From: Rhodospirillales bacterium
Lineage (GTDB): Bacteria; Pseudomonadota; Alphaproteobacteria; Rhodospirillales; UBA2165
Direction: 5' to 3'
DNA length: 64,000 bases
Assembly (NCBI GenBank): GCA_965213765.1
Contig: OZ243926.1
Location: 130,971-194,970, forward strand
Under the pieces are notes generated by a model. It did not search any database. It was given only the letters and a program-made list of their open reading frames with translations, and was not told the DNA's origin. Of this stretch, positions 9,372 to 19,033 are shown one piece after another (the stretch's first letter is position 1; every line of letters begins with the position of its first letter). The translations under genes and the position numbers were made by a program.

Positions 9372-9452
9372 TTCCCTCGCCCCCGTCAGGGGGAGAGGGA
9401 TGCGGAGGGTTGGCGAGGCGAACGCCAAGCCTACCCGGCGCCGGGTGAGGGT
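9372..9452. repeat. Second palindromic intergenic repeat (CCCTC.CCCC...GGGAGAGGG...GGGTGAGGG type)
   Basis: Hairpin TCCCTCGCCCCC-GTCA-GGGGGAGAGGGA, a TTGGCG..CGCCAA hairpin and terminal GGGTGAGGG; resembles alphaproteobacterial intergenic repeats. Confidence 0.6.
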
Positions 9453-9484
9453 TCTTCTTTTCAGCTTTTGGTGCGGATTTATCC

Positions 9485-9565
9485 GGCGCGACCGCCCCGG
9501 CGCTTTCGGCGCGACCGCCCCGGCGCTTTCGGCGCGACCGCCCCGGCGCTTTCGCCGCGACCGCC
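9485..9565 (+). repeat. 23-bp tandem repeat, 3.5 copies
   Basis: GGCGCGACCGCCCCGGCGCTTTC at 9485, 9508 and 9531 plus a partial copy at 9554. Confidence 0.95.
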
Positions 9566-9699
9566 TGTTCGGCACGCCGCCGTCTCGGAGGCGGCGGTGA
9601 ATTGGCGCTCGCCGGGCTTGCCGGGTTGGGTTACCCTGGGGGAACGGGTTGCCTTGATGTCATCGGCATCTTTTTGACCGGAATGCGGGAGACAATACC

Positions 9700-10134
9700 A
9701 TGAATCGTATCGGTGGCTTTTATCTTATCGCCGTGGCCGTGGTCGTGGCGGTGCACACGGTGGTGGAGCCGTTATATCATGTCTCGGTTGACGGTCAGCC
9801 ATACTCCCCGCTCTGGTCGGTCCTCAATCCGCTGATGGCTTTGGCTATCGTTCTGGGTGTGGCCGCTGCCTGGCGGTGCAAGCGGGCCGTGGCCGGGGAG
9901 GCCGAGGATGCGCCGGTTTCCCGGTCTTTCCTCATCGCCAACACGCTGTTCTTCGGTCTCCTGTTCTTCGGCATTCTGTACTTCTGGAACTGGTTCAACC
10001 TGCTGAGCCCCGGGTTTACGGCCATCCCCCCGGAAACCGTCACGCTCGTCTGGATCATTGTCGATGCCGCATTGCCGCTGTTGTGGGGGGCGACCGGGGT
10101 GGCCCTGGTCCGCGGGCAGGGCGCCGCGGCCTGA
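9700..10134 (+). CDS. Hypothetical membrane protein (4 TM)
   Basis: 144 aa, four hydrophobic segments, GGGAGA RBS before ATG. Confidence 0.75.
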   Translation: MNRIGGFYLIAVAVVVAVHTVVEPLYHVSVDGQPYSPLWSVLNPLMALAIVLGVAAAWRCKRAVAGEAEDAPVSRSFLIANTLFFGLLFFGILYFWNWFNLLSPGFTAIPPETVTLVWIIVDAALPLLWGATGVALVRGQGAAA

Positions 10135-10207
10135 CACAGCCGGCCCAGCCGGATTGACCGGGGAGACGTGCCTCCCTACCCTGCGGTGCACGAACCAGGA
10201 GGTTGCC

Positions 10208-11392
10208 ATGCCCGCGTCAGATCCCATCGTTATCGCGTCCGCCGCCCGCACACCCATGGGAGGATTGCTGGGCGAGCTTGCTCCCCTGCCCGCCCCGAAA
10301 CTCGGCGCCGCGGCCATCGAAGCCGCCCTCGAGCGCGGCAGGATGAAACCGGTGGACGTGGACGAAGTGATTGTCGGCAACGTGCTGCAGGCGGGTCAGG
10401 GCCAGGCGCCGGCCCGCCAGGCGAGCCTCGGTGCGGGTATCCCCGACAGCGTCGGCTGCACCACTATCAACAAGATGTGCGGATCGGGCATGAAGGCGGC
10501 CATGTTCGGACATGACCTGATTGCGGCCGGGTCGGCGGATGTGGTGGTCGCCGGCGGGATGGAGAGCATGACCAATGCGCCCCACCTGATGCTCGGCGTC
10601 CGCGCCGGCACCAAGATGGGCCCGGCCAGGATGCAGGACCACATGTTCCTGGATGGGCTGGAGGATGCCTACGAGCCGGGCCGGCTGATGGGCGCCTACG
10701 CCGAGGAAACCGCCAAACACTACCAATTCACCCGGGAGGCGCAGGACGAATTCGCCATCACGTCGCTTGAGCGGGCCCTCGCCGCAACGGACGCGGCGGC
10801 GAAAGAGATCACCCCGGTAACGGTCAAGACGCGCAAATCGGAAGAGACCATCGGGACCGACGAGCAGCCCCGAAATGCGCGGCCCGACAAGATTCCGACC
10901 CTAAGGCCTGCATTCGCCGAAGACGGCTCGGTGACCGCGGCCAATTCGTCGTCGATCTCGGACGGCGCCGCGGCGCTGGTTCTGATGAGCGAGCGCGAGG
11001 CGGAGAAACGGGGCCTGACGCCGCTCGCCCGCATTCTCGGACATTCCACTTACGCCGCCGAGCCGGCCTGGTTCACCACCGCCCCCATCGGCGCCATCAA
11101 CCGGCTGCTGGAAATGCTCGACTGGACCAAGGAGGACGTCGATCTCTGGGAAATCAACGAGGCTTTCGCCGTGGTAACCATGGCGGCGATGCGCGATCTC
11201 GATCTCGACCGCGAAACGGTCAACGTCCGGGGCGGTGCATGCGCCCTCGGCCATCCCGTCGGCGCGTCCGGTGCGCGCATCATCGTCACGCTCCTGTCCG
11301 CCATGGCCGAGCGGGGCCTCAAGACCGGGATCGCCGCACTTTGCATCGGCGGCGGCGAGGCCACCGCCATGGCCTTCGAGCGGCTGAACTGA
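10208..11392 (+). CDS. Acetyl-CoA C-acyltransferase (thiolase)
   Basis: TINKMCGSG, NEAF, GHPVGASG and CIGGG motifs; CAGGAGG RBS before ATG 10208. Confidence 0.95.
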   Translation: MPASDPIVIASAARTPMGGLLGELAPLPAPKLGAAAIEAALERGRMKPVDVDEVIVGNVLQAGQGQAPARQASLGAGIPDSVGCTTINKMCGSGMKAAMFGHDLIAAGSADVVVAGGMESMTNAPHLMLGVRAGTKMGPARMQDHMFLDGLEDAYEPGRLMGAYAEETAKHYQFTREAQDEFAITSLERALAATDAAAKEITPVTVKTRKSEETIGTDEQPRNARPDKIPTLRPAFAEDGSVTAANSSSISDGAAALVLMSEREAEKRGLTPLARILGHSTYAAEPAWFTTAPIGAINRLLEMLDWTKEDVDLWEINEAFAVVTMAAMRDLDLDRETVNVRGGACALGHPVGASGARIIVTLLSAMAERGLKTGIAALCIGGGEATAMAFERLN

Positions 11393-11492
11393 TCCAAGGA
11401 AAACCGTCCGCTGCTGTTCGGTTGGCGGTCAGCACCGGGCGCCGGTTTGACCCCTCCCCGGCCCGGTCCTAGCATCACGGTAATTCATTGGG

Positions 11493-12260
11493 GTGAACGA
11501 CATGACACAGACGTTGTCGGAGCTCGCCGACGAAGCCGAAGAAGCGGCGATCAAAGAGCTTGAGAACAAAATTTTTCTGCGCCAGAATCTCTACGCCCTG
11601 GGCCAAGGCGAACACGGGGATTACCGCCAGAGGGGCGGGCAGCTGACACCCGGCAGGACGGTCTTCATGGGTGACGATCCCCGCCTCCCGGCGATGCCCG
11701 ATGAACCCGGCCTGCTTGACTTCGTCCGTTGCCGGTTCGCCATCGGCGGTCAGCAGCACCTGCTGCAAAGCGCCCGGCTGGCCCGCAAGAACGGCGTTTC
11801 CGGCAAGATGATCCTGGCCTGCCTGCTCCACGATCTGGCCGTCTCCAGCTTCATCCGCTCGGACCACGGCTATTGGGGCGCGGCGATGATCGGGCCCTAT
11901 GTGGACGAAGAGGTCGCCTGGGCGATCCGCTATCACCAGTGCGTGCGGTTCTTCGCCGATCCCGAGAACGGCTACGAGTATCCCGAGCTCTATATCAAAT
12001 TCTTCGGCGAAGGCTACGAGCCCGAGGACTACATCAAGCGTGATTACGAATACGCCCGGAACCACAAGTGGTACGGCGCGGCCCTGGAAATCTGCAAGAA
12101 CGATCACTACGCCTTCGACCACAGCCTGGTCCTGGAGTGGGACGAGTTCGAGGACGTGCTGGAGGACCACTTCCACGCGCCCGAGGAAGGCCTCGGCAAT
12201 GACAACACGTCGGCGTCGCACATCTGGCGGACCCTGCGGCGGCCCAGCAACGGGCTATAG
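11493..12260 (+). CDS. HD-domain metalloprotein of unknown function
   Basis: HLLQSA...LLHD...DHGYWGA...RYHQ...KND pattern; start could be ATG 11502. Confidence 0.7.
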   Translation: MNDMTQTLSELADEAEEAAIKELENKIFLRQNLYALGQGEHGDYRQRGGQLTPGRTVFMGDDPRLPAMPDEPGLLDFVRCRFAIGGQQHLLQSARLARKNGVSGKMILACLLHDLAVSSFIRSDHGYWGAAMIGPYVDEEVAWAIRYHQCVRFFADPENGYEYPELYIKFFGEGYEPEDYIKRDYEYARNHKWYGAALEICKNDHYAFDHSLVLEWDEFEDVLEDHFHAPEEGLGNDNTSASHIWRTLRRPSNGL

Positions 12261-12283
12261 GCCAAATCAAACGCAGTCCCGGG

Positions 12284-12688
12284 TCAGCCGGATTTGGGAA
12301 CCGCGGAGATGATCACCGTCGCTTCGGCGATGGGGTACTCATCGGTGATGGTGAGATCGATCCGGGCGTCCATGCCGTCGGGAAGTATTTCGTCCAGCCG
12401 GGCCCGGGCGCCGTTGGTCAGTTCCATGGTGGGTTTGCCGCCCGGCAGGTTGACCACGCCCAGGTCGCGCCAGAAAACGCCTTTGCGAAAGCCGGTACCC
12501 AGCGCCTTGGAGCACGCTTCCTTGGCGGCGTAACGCTTGGCGTAGCTGGCCGCGCGGAGCCGCCGTTTGTCGGATTTCTTCCTTTCGATCTCGGTAAAGC
12601 AGCGCTGAACGAACCGGTCGCCGAACCGGTCGAGGGTCTTTTCGATCCGCCGGATGTCGATCAGGTCGTTGCCGATGCCGATGATCAC
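12284..12688 (-). CDS. acpS: Holo-ACP synthase
   Basis: [14 protein letters not shown]...[15 protein letters not shown]; GTG start overlaps the pdxJ stop. Confidence 0.95.
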   Translation of the reverse strand: MIIGIGNDLIDIRRIEKTLDRFGDRFVQRCFTEIERKKSDKRRLRAASYAKRYAAKEACSKALGTGFRKGVFWRDLGVVNLPGGKPTMELTNGARARLDEILPDGMDARIDLTITDEYPIAEATVIISAVPKSG

Positions 12689-13440
12689 GCGGTCCGGTCT
12701 CCGGCCGCGCTGGCCCGGGCGTTGTCCATCAGGGCGCGCATGCGTTTGATGGTGCTGTCGAGGCCGCCGAAAATGGCCTCGCCGATCAGGAAATGGCCGA
12801 TATTGAGCTCGACGATGCTCTCGATTTCGGCAATGGGGCCGACCGTGTCGAAACCAAGCCCGTGGCCGGCGTGACATTCGAGCCTCAGCCCTTCCGCGTA
12901 GGCCGCCGCCTCGACGATCCGTTGAAGTTCGCGCGCCCGCCCGGCTCCGGCCGCTTCGCAGTAGGCGCCGGCATGTATCTCGATCACCGGGGCGCCGAGA
13001 GAAACGGCCGCGTCGAGTTGAGCCGGGTCGGCCTCGATGAACAGGGAGACCCGAATGCCGGCGCCGGACAATTCGCGGACGACCGGCGTCAACTGGTCGT
13101 GCAGCCGCCGGGCATCCAGCCCCCCCTCGGTGGTGATCTCCTCCCTCTTCTCCGGGACGATACACGCCGCGTGCGGCCTGTGGCGCAGCGCAATGTCGAG
13201 CATCTCATCCGTGGCCGCCATCTCGAGATTGAGGGGCAGATCGATCTCCGCCATCAGGCGCGAAATATCGCCGTCCGAGATGTGCCGCCGGTCTTCGCGG
13301 AGGTGGGCGGTAATCCCGTCGGCCCCCGCGGCGGCGGCCGCCGCGGCCGCCTTCACCGGGTCCGGATGCTCGCCGCCCCGGGCGTTCCTGATGGTGGCGA
13401 CGTGATCGATGTTTACGCCCAGCCGCAAATACCGGCTCAT
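12685..13440 (-). CDS. pdxJ: Pyridoxine 5'-phosphate synthase
   Basis: [15 protein letters not shown] and ELNIGHFLI motifs. Confidence 0.97.
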   Translation of the reverse strand: MSRYLRLGVNIDHVATIRNARGGEHPDPVKAAAAAAAAGADGITAHLREDRRHISDGDISRLMAEIDLPLNLEMAATDEMLDIALRHRPHAACIVPEKREEITTEGGLDARRLHDQLTPVVRELSGAGIRVSLFIEADPAQLDAAVSLGAPVIEIHAGAYCEAAGAGRARELQRIVEAAAYAEGLRLECHAGHGLGFDTVGPIAEIESIVELNIGHFLIGEAIFGGLDSTIKRMRALMDNARASAAGDRTA

Positions 13441-14066
13441 GCTGTGTTCTCCGTCTGGCGTGCCTGCCGGTCGCGGCGGACGGCAAGTGTCTTTTTCCGC
13501 CGCGCCGCGCGGGCGGCCCGATATCCGCCGAGCAGCCCGCGAGCGATATAGTAGCTAATGATCCAGGCTACAATGGCGGTCGGGATGCTGCCGACCAACA
13601 TGGCCCCGAAAACCGGCCAAGCGGATTCCTGGAGATACTGGAAATCGGCCTGCAACAGCGACTTCACCATGTTACCGAACAGAGCGGTGAAATTGGGGCT
13701 GCCCCCTTCCGGGTGTTCGCCGATACCCATGATCCGGCCGAGTTGGTAGGTCCAAACCCAAATGATGGGAAAGGTCCAGGGATTTCCCGCCAGGGTTCCG
13801 ATCCAGGCGGCCAGGACGTTGCCGCGGGTGATCCAGGCCAGGAAGGCACTGGACACCAGGTGCAGTCCGACGAACGGCGTAAACGAGACCGCGGCCCCAT
13901 AGGCAAAGCCGACGGCAATCGAATGGGGGCTGCCCTTCAGGCGGGCCATACGGTGGCCGAGATAGACCACGGTCCGCCGCCAGCCGATGGCCGGCCAAAA
14001 TGCGTTCCGGATCTGATCTACCGGTGAGCGCCGATGTCGCCGCCGAAACATGCCGTATCTCTCCAC
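13437..14066 (-). CDS. DUF2062 family membrane protein
   Basis: [24 protein letters not shown]...GNPWTFP pattern; usual position between spoT and pdxJ. Confidence 0.85.
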   Translation of the reverse strand: MERYGMFRRRHRRSPVDQIRNAFWPAIGWRRTVVYLGHRMARLKGSPHSIAVGFAYGAAVSFTPFVGLHLVSSAFLAWITRGNVLAAWIGTLAGNPWTFPIIWVWTYQLGRIMGIGEHPEGGSPNFTALFGNMVKSLLQADFQYLQESAWPVFGAMLVGSIPTAIVAWIISYYIARGLLGGYRAARAARRKKTLAVRRDRQARQTENTA

Positions 14067-14102
14067 CGGCCCGGAAGCCGGCCCCTCTATTCCAGTCCCT
14101 GA

Positions 14103-16250
14103 TCAGCCCCGGGCGCGCTCGACGGAGTTGACCACCGGCGCGGCACGAAGCGCCGCGATTATATTTGTCAGGTGCTTCAAATCCCGCACCTCCACATCGA
14201 TCGACATCTCAAAGAAATCGGTGCTTCGGTGGGTTATTTTCAAGTTTGAAATATTGCCGCCGTTGCGCCCGATGATCATCGACAGTTCGCCTAGTGTGCC
14301 GGGTTCGTTGGTCATCACCACTTCGATCCGGCCCACGTGCCCCGCGCCTTGCGCCACCTCTTCTTCCCACGACACGTCAAGCCAGCGTTCCGGCGTATCG
14401 ACGAATTCCTCCAGGACCCCGCAGTCGATGGTGTGGATATTGACGCCCCGGCCCTTGGTGACGATGCCGACGATGCGGTCACCGGGCAGGGCGTGACAGC
14501 AAACCGCGAAGTGGACCGCCATCCCGGGGATCAATCCCTTGATCGGCACCGACCCGGCGCCTTCGGGCTTCAGCTTGTCGCGGACCTGCGACAGAGAAAC
14601 GATGTTGTCCTCGTCGGCTTCGGCGCGCGCGCCCGGGAAGACCGCCTCGAAGACCTGCCGTGCCGTGAGATGGCCGGCGCCCACCTCGGCGCACAGTGCG
14701 TTCGGCGTATCGAGAGCAAATACCGTCAACACTTCGCCGAGCGCCTTGTCCGACAGCTCATAGCCTTCCTTGTCGAAGGTGCGTTCCAGGATGGCCCGGC
14801 CGAGTGAGGTGTATTCCTCCTGCTGCTTCATCCGCACGAACCGGCGGATGCTGGCCCGGGCCTTGCCGGTGACGACGAAGTTCTCCCACAGCGGCGACGG
14901 GGTCTGCGCGGCCGAGGTAATGATCTCGACCTGGTCGCCATTCCCGAGTTCCGTCCGGAGCGGCATGATCTTGCCGTTGATCCGCGTGCCGACGCAGGTG
15001 TCCCCGACCTCCGAGTGCACCGCATATGCGAAGTCCACCGGTGTTGCGCCGACGGGCAGCGCGATGACATCGCCCTTGGGCGAGAAGACAAAAACCTGAT
15101 CGGGGAACATCTCGAGTTTTGTGTGTTCGAGAAAATCTTCCGGTGTCGCGGCGTGCTCGAGGATTTCCAGGAGTTCCCGCATCCAGCGGTATTGCCGCCC
15201 CGCGGTGCGATCCCCGCCCTGCTTGTAGCGCCAGTGCGCGGCGACGCCGAAATCGGCTATTTCGTGCATGTCCCGGGTGCGGATCTGAACTTCGATCCGC
15301 TGCTGGTGCGGGCCGATGACACCCGTATGCAGAGACTGGTAGCCGTTGGGTTTGGGGGTCGAGAGGTAATCCTTGAAGCGTCCCGGCACCACCGGATAGG
15401 TGCTGTGAATAATGCCGAGCGCCCTATAGCAGTCTTCGACGGTGTCGACGACGATCCGGAAGCCGATGATGTCGGCCAGTTGCTCGAAGGAGATGTTCTT
15501 GCGCTGGCTCTTTCGCCAGATCGAATAGGGTTTCTTCTCGCGGCCAATGACCTCGGCCCGCAGCTTCGACATTTGCAGGGTCGTCTTCAGCTCATCGATA
15601 ATCCGGTCAACGATGTCGCCGCCCTGCTCGCGGAGGAAATCGAGGCGGGCGAGGATCGAGTCCCGTGCATCGGGATTGAGTTCGGCGAATGACAGATCTT
15701 CGAGCTCGTTCTGCAGTTCGTGCATGCCGATGCGTTCGGCGAGCGGCGCGTAAATCTCCATGGTTTCGAGGGCGATGGCGCGCCGTTTGTCGGGATCGCG
15801 GATGTGGATCAGCGTCCGCATGTTGTGGAGCCGGTCGGCCAGCTTCACCAGGAGAACCCGGATGTCCTCCGACATGGCGAGCACCAGCTTGCGAAAATTC
15901 TCCGCCTGCGAGGTGTGGTTCGATTGCAGTTCGATCTGGGTGAGTTTGGTGACCCCCTCGACCAACTGGGCGATCTCCTCGCCGAACTGCTCGGCGATAT
16001 CGCCGCGGGTGGTGTCGGTATCTTCGATGGTATCGTGCAGCAGCGCGGTGACGATGGAATCGCCGTCCAGCTTGTAGTTGGTGAGGATGCCCGCGACCTC
16101 GATCGGGTGAGAGAAATAGGGATCGCCCGAGGCGCGCTTTTGCGAGCCGTGCGCCTTCATGGCAAACACATAGGCACGGTTGAGCGCGTCCTCATCGACC
16201 ATCCGGTCGTAGGCGCGCACCCGTTCAACCAGCTCAAACTGACGGATCAT
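14103..16250 (-). CDS. spoT: Bifunctional (p)ppGpp synthetase/hydrolase RSH
   Basis: HD hydrolase (LLHDTIED), synthetase (GRFKDY, YQSLHT), TGS and ACT domains. Confidence 0.97.
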   Translation of the reverse strand: MIRQFELVERVRAYDRMVDEDALNRAYVFAMKAHGSQKRASGDPYFSHPIEVAGILTNYKLDGDSIVTALLHDTIEDTDTTRGDIAEQFGEEIAQLVEGVTKLTQIELQSNHTSQAENFRKLVLAMSEDIRVLLVKLADRLHNMRTLIHIRDPDKRRAIALETMEIYAPLAERIGMHELQNELEDLSFAELNPDARDSILARLDFLREQGGDIVDRIIDELKTTLQMSKLRAEVIGREKKPYSIWRKSQRKNISFEQLADIIGFRIVVDTVEDCYRALGIIHSTYPVVPGRFKDYLSTPKPNGYQSLHTGVIGPHQQRIEVQIRTRDMHEIADFGVAAHWRYKQGGDRTAGRQYRWMRELLEILEHAATPEDFLEHTKLEMFPDQVFVFSPKGDVIALPVGATPVDFAYAVHSEVGDTCVGTRINGKIMPLRTELGNGDQVEIITSAAQTPSPLWENFVVTGKARASIRRFVRMKQQEEYTSLGRAILERTFDKEGYELSDKALGEVLTVFALDTPNALCAEVGAGHLTARQVFEAVFPGARAEADEDNIVSLSQVRDKLKPEGAGSVPIKGLIPGMAVHFAVCCHALPGDRIVGIVTKGRGVNIHTIDCGVLEEFVDTPERWLDVSWEEEVAQGAGHVGRIEVVMTNEPGTLGELSMIIGRNGGNISNLKITHRSTDFFEMSIDVEVRDLKHLTNIIAALRAAPVVNSVERARG

Positions 16251-16377
16251 GACGCTCCTCCAACGTCCCGTTGGGGAATCATGATAAATTTAAGCCATGA
16301 AGAAAAGGTTGCCCCGAAATTTAGTCTGGCGCCGATTCCGGGCGCAGGGGATCGGTCCCTAAGCGGAGACCGGCACA

Positions 16378-16815
16378 TTAATCCTCATCGACGATGTCTT
16401 GGCCGCTGAAATCAGGGGCACCGGCCGCCGCCTCGCCGTCGCCGTCTTCCGCCGCCGCCGGCGAAACGGGTGCTGCACCTTTGACGTCATCCGCCGAAAC
16501 AATTGCGGGTTCCATGGGCGGCATCAATTCGCCCGTATAGGCGTCGCCGGCGAGCAGCTCCATTTCTTCTTCTTCGAACTCTTCGACCTCGACGTGCTTC
16601 TGAAGACCCTTAACCAAGGATTCCTCGACCTCCCCGAGATCGATGGTCTCGTCGGCGACCTCGCGAAGCGCGACAACCGGGTTCTTGTCGTTGTCCCGGT
16701 CGACCGTCAGTTGTGCGCCCGATGACAATGCCCGCGCCCGGTGGGCGGCAAGCATCACCAGTTCAAACCGGTTGGAGACTTTCTCGATGCAATCTTCGAC
16801 GGTAACTCGGGCCAT
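16378..16815 (-). CDS. rpoZ: RNA polymerase omega subunit
   Basis: MARVTVEDC...[13 protein letters not shown] with acidic tail. Confidence 0.97.
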   Translation of the reverse strand: MARVTVEDCIEKVSNRFELVMLAAHRARALSSGAQLTVDRDNDKNPVVALREVADETIDLGEVEESLVKGLQKHVEVEEFEEEEMELLAGDAYTGELMPPMEPAIVSADDVKGAAPVSPAAAEDGDGEAAAGAPDFSGQDIVDED

Positions 16816-16945
16816 TCAATGCTCTCCAGACAGATGACCGGCCGCGCAATCCGGGCCGGTCGATTCGAGGCGCAGAATATATATGCCGGAGGTTGACAAA
16901 GGCAAGTCATTCCCTGCGCCTGGCCCGGCCTCTGGAAGCGGTGAT

Positions 16946-17434
16946 TTACTCAATGGGGATAATGACTTGTTCGTCATCCAGCGCGGCGAGCAGTTGACCG
17001 GCGGTTTGGCCCGATTGCGGGTGTCGCCATTCCGGGGCAATTTCCGCCAAGGGAAGCAGGACAAAGGCCCGCAACGCCATTCTCGGATGGGGCAGTTGAA
17101 GGCCATCGTCGGCGCGAACCAAACCATCGAAATCCAGCAAATCCAGATCGAGCGTCCGTGCGGCATTCGGCGCGCCGCGAACCCGGCCGAACTGCCTCTC
17201 GACCGACAACAGCGTTTGCAGAAGCGTTTCCGGCGTCATCTCCGTCGCGACCTCCGCGACGGCATTGACGAAGTCGGGCTGATCGGATGCCGGAACGGGC
17301 TCGGAGCGGTAAAACCGGGAAACCCGAACCGTCTCGGCGCCCAGCCGGGACAGCTGGTCGAGTGCCGCCTCGCAGCTCGCCCGAGGCGGACCCGCAGGGC
17401 TTGGAAGATTCGCGCCGAGACCGATGATTATCAT
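16946..17434 (-). CDS. folK: 2-amino-4-hydroxy-6-hydroxymethyldihydropteridine diphosphokinase
   Basis: IGLGANL, QPDFVNAV and RTLDLDLL...LPHPRM motifs. Confidence 0.95.
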   Translation of the reverse strand: MIIIGLGANLPSPAGPPRASCEAALDQLSRLGAETVRVSRFYRSEPVPASDQPDFVNAVAEVATEMTPETLLQTLLSVERQFGRVRGAPNAARTLDLDLLDFDGLVRADDGLQLPHPRMALRAFVLLPLAEIAPEWRHPQSGQTAGQLLAALDDEQVIIPIE

Positions 17435-17506
17435 GTCCGCTCCTGTACTATTGTGTCCGAAAAGTGGACATGCTGATATATCACGACTGTAGGGTCCCCG
17501 AACAAA

Positions 17507-17534
17507 TTGTGCAGGGTTGGGATGTCGGTATACT
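17507..17534 (+). promoter_or_regulatory. Candidate sigma70 promoter for the NYN-UDG operon
   Basis: TTGTGC-16 nt-TATACT upstream of an AT-rich leader. Confidence 0.4.
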
Positions 17535-17640
17535 TCCCGGGTTAGGGTGATCGATGTTTGTTATACCCTGGCCGGGGCAATTTTCCCTGAGAATGTGCAT
17601 GAGATAAAATAAAAAAATAATTGATAATAAAGGATTTGTT

Positions 17641-18258
17641 ATGAACTTTTACCCCCAGGAACGGATTGGGCTGTTCATTGACGGCTCCAATCTATACGCC
17701 GCTGCACGGGCGCTCGGTTTCGATATCGATTACAAGCTGCTGCTCAGGGTCTTCGCCGACCAGGGGCGGTTGGTGCGCGCGTTCTATTATACCGCCTTGG
17801 TCGAGGATCAGGAATATTCGCCCATTCGGCCGCTGGTCGATTGGCTCGACTACAACGGCTACACCATGGTCACCAAGCCGACCAAGGAGTTCACCGATAC
17901 GGCGGGCCGGCGGAAGATCAAGGGTAATATGGATATCGAACTCGCCGTCGACGTGATGGAGATGGTCGAGCACCTGGATCATGTGGTGATCTTCTCCGGC
18001 GACGGTGATTTCCGCCGTTTGGTCGAAGCCACCCAGCGTCATGGCGCCCGTGTCACCGTTGTTTCCACGGTCCGCTCCAGGCCGCCCATGGTTGCCGATG
18101 AGCTACGCCGTCAGGCCGATTATTTCGTCGAACTCCTGGACCTCAAGGACGCCATTTCCCGGGACAGTGGTCCGCTTGAGGACGATGAATTTGGTCCTGA
18201 GTACGCCGACGACGACGATGAACCGGGCCCCGACGAAGAAGTTGCCGGCGCGGCCTAG
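17641..18258 (+). CDS. NYN domain (LabA/DUF88) protein
   Basis: FIDGSNLY, KGNMDIELAVD and FSGDGDF motifs. Confidence 0.93.
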   Translation: MNFYPQERIGLFIDGSNLYAAARALGFDIDYKLLLRVFADQGRLVRAFYYTALVEDQEYSPIRPLVDWLDYNGYTMVTKPTKEFTDTAGRRKIKGNMDIELAVDVMEMVEHLDHVVIFSGDGDFRRLVEATQRHGARVTVVSTVRSRPPMVADELRRQADYFVELLDLKDAISRDSGPLEDDEFGPEYADDDDEPGPDEEVAGAA

Positions 18259-18281
18259 GCCTGCTCCCATCCATAATTGCA

Positions 18282-18941
18282 ATGACCGACGATATTGAAC
18301 CTTCGCCGGATTGCGGGCTGTGTCCGCGGCTCGCGGATTTTCGTGCGGCCAACCGGACGGCCCACCCGGATTTCTTCAACCGGCCGGTCCCCGCCTTCGG
18401 TCCCCTGGGTGCGGAGATGCTGATTGTCGGGTTGGCCCCGGGGCTCAAGGGTGCCAACCGCACGGGCCGGCCGTTTACCGGCGACTATGCGGGCGACCTG
18501 CTCTATCCGACCCTGATCAAGTTCGGGTTTGCCAAGGGCCGGTTCGGGGCCGACCCCAATGACGGGCTGACGCTCGAGAACTGCCGGATTACCAATGCGG
18601 TCCGCTGCGTCCCGCCGGCCAATAAGCCGATCGGCGCCGAGGTGCGAGCCTGTGGGGAATTCCTCGCCGCCGAGATCACGGCGATGCCCAACCTCAAGAC
18701 GGTTCTTGCGTTGGGCTCGCTGGCCCACGGGGCTATTCTTGCCTCCCTCGGGCTCAGGAAGAGCGCCTACAAGTTCGGTCATGCCGCTGAACATCCCCTG
18801 CCCGGCTACAGGCTGGTGAACAGTTATCACTGCTCCCGCTACAACACCAATACGGGGCGGTTGACCACCGAAATGTTCGAGGACGTCTTCCGGCTGATCG
18901 GGCAAAAGTCCCCAAGAGCGGATACGGAACGCCACCGGTGA
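18282..18941 (+). CDS. Uracil-DNA glycosylase (Fe-S type)
   Basis: CGLCPRL, GLAPGLKGANRTGRPFTGD, NAVRCVPP and YHCSRYN motifs. Confidence 0.9.
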   Translation: MTDDIEPSPDCGLCPRLADFRAANRTAHPDFFNRPVPAFGPLGAEMLIVGLAPGLKGANRTGRPFTGDYAGDLLYPTLIKFGFAKGRFGADPNDGLTLENCRITNAVRCVPPANKPIGAEVRACGEFLAAEITAMPNLKTVLALGSLAHGAILASLGLRKSAYKFGHAAEHPLPGYRLVNSYHCSRYNTNTGRLTTEMFEDVFRLIGQKSPRADTERHR

Positions 18942-19033
18942 CTTCCGTGACCTCCGGGCGGCATTCAGGACTGGCGCGGCACGCAACAACAGTGGAAAAC
19001 CACAATCCCCGAGGTTGATTGCCGTGACTCAAA

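Noticed and set aside
9485-9565. Possible CRISPR array
   Set aside because: Repeats are head-to-tail with no spacers and no cas genes in the window; treated as a VNTR
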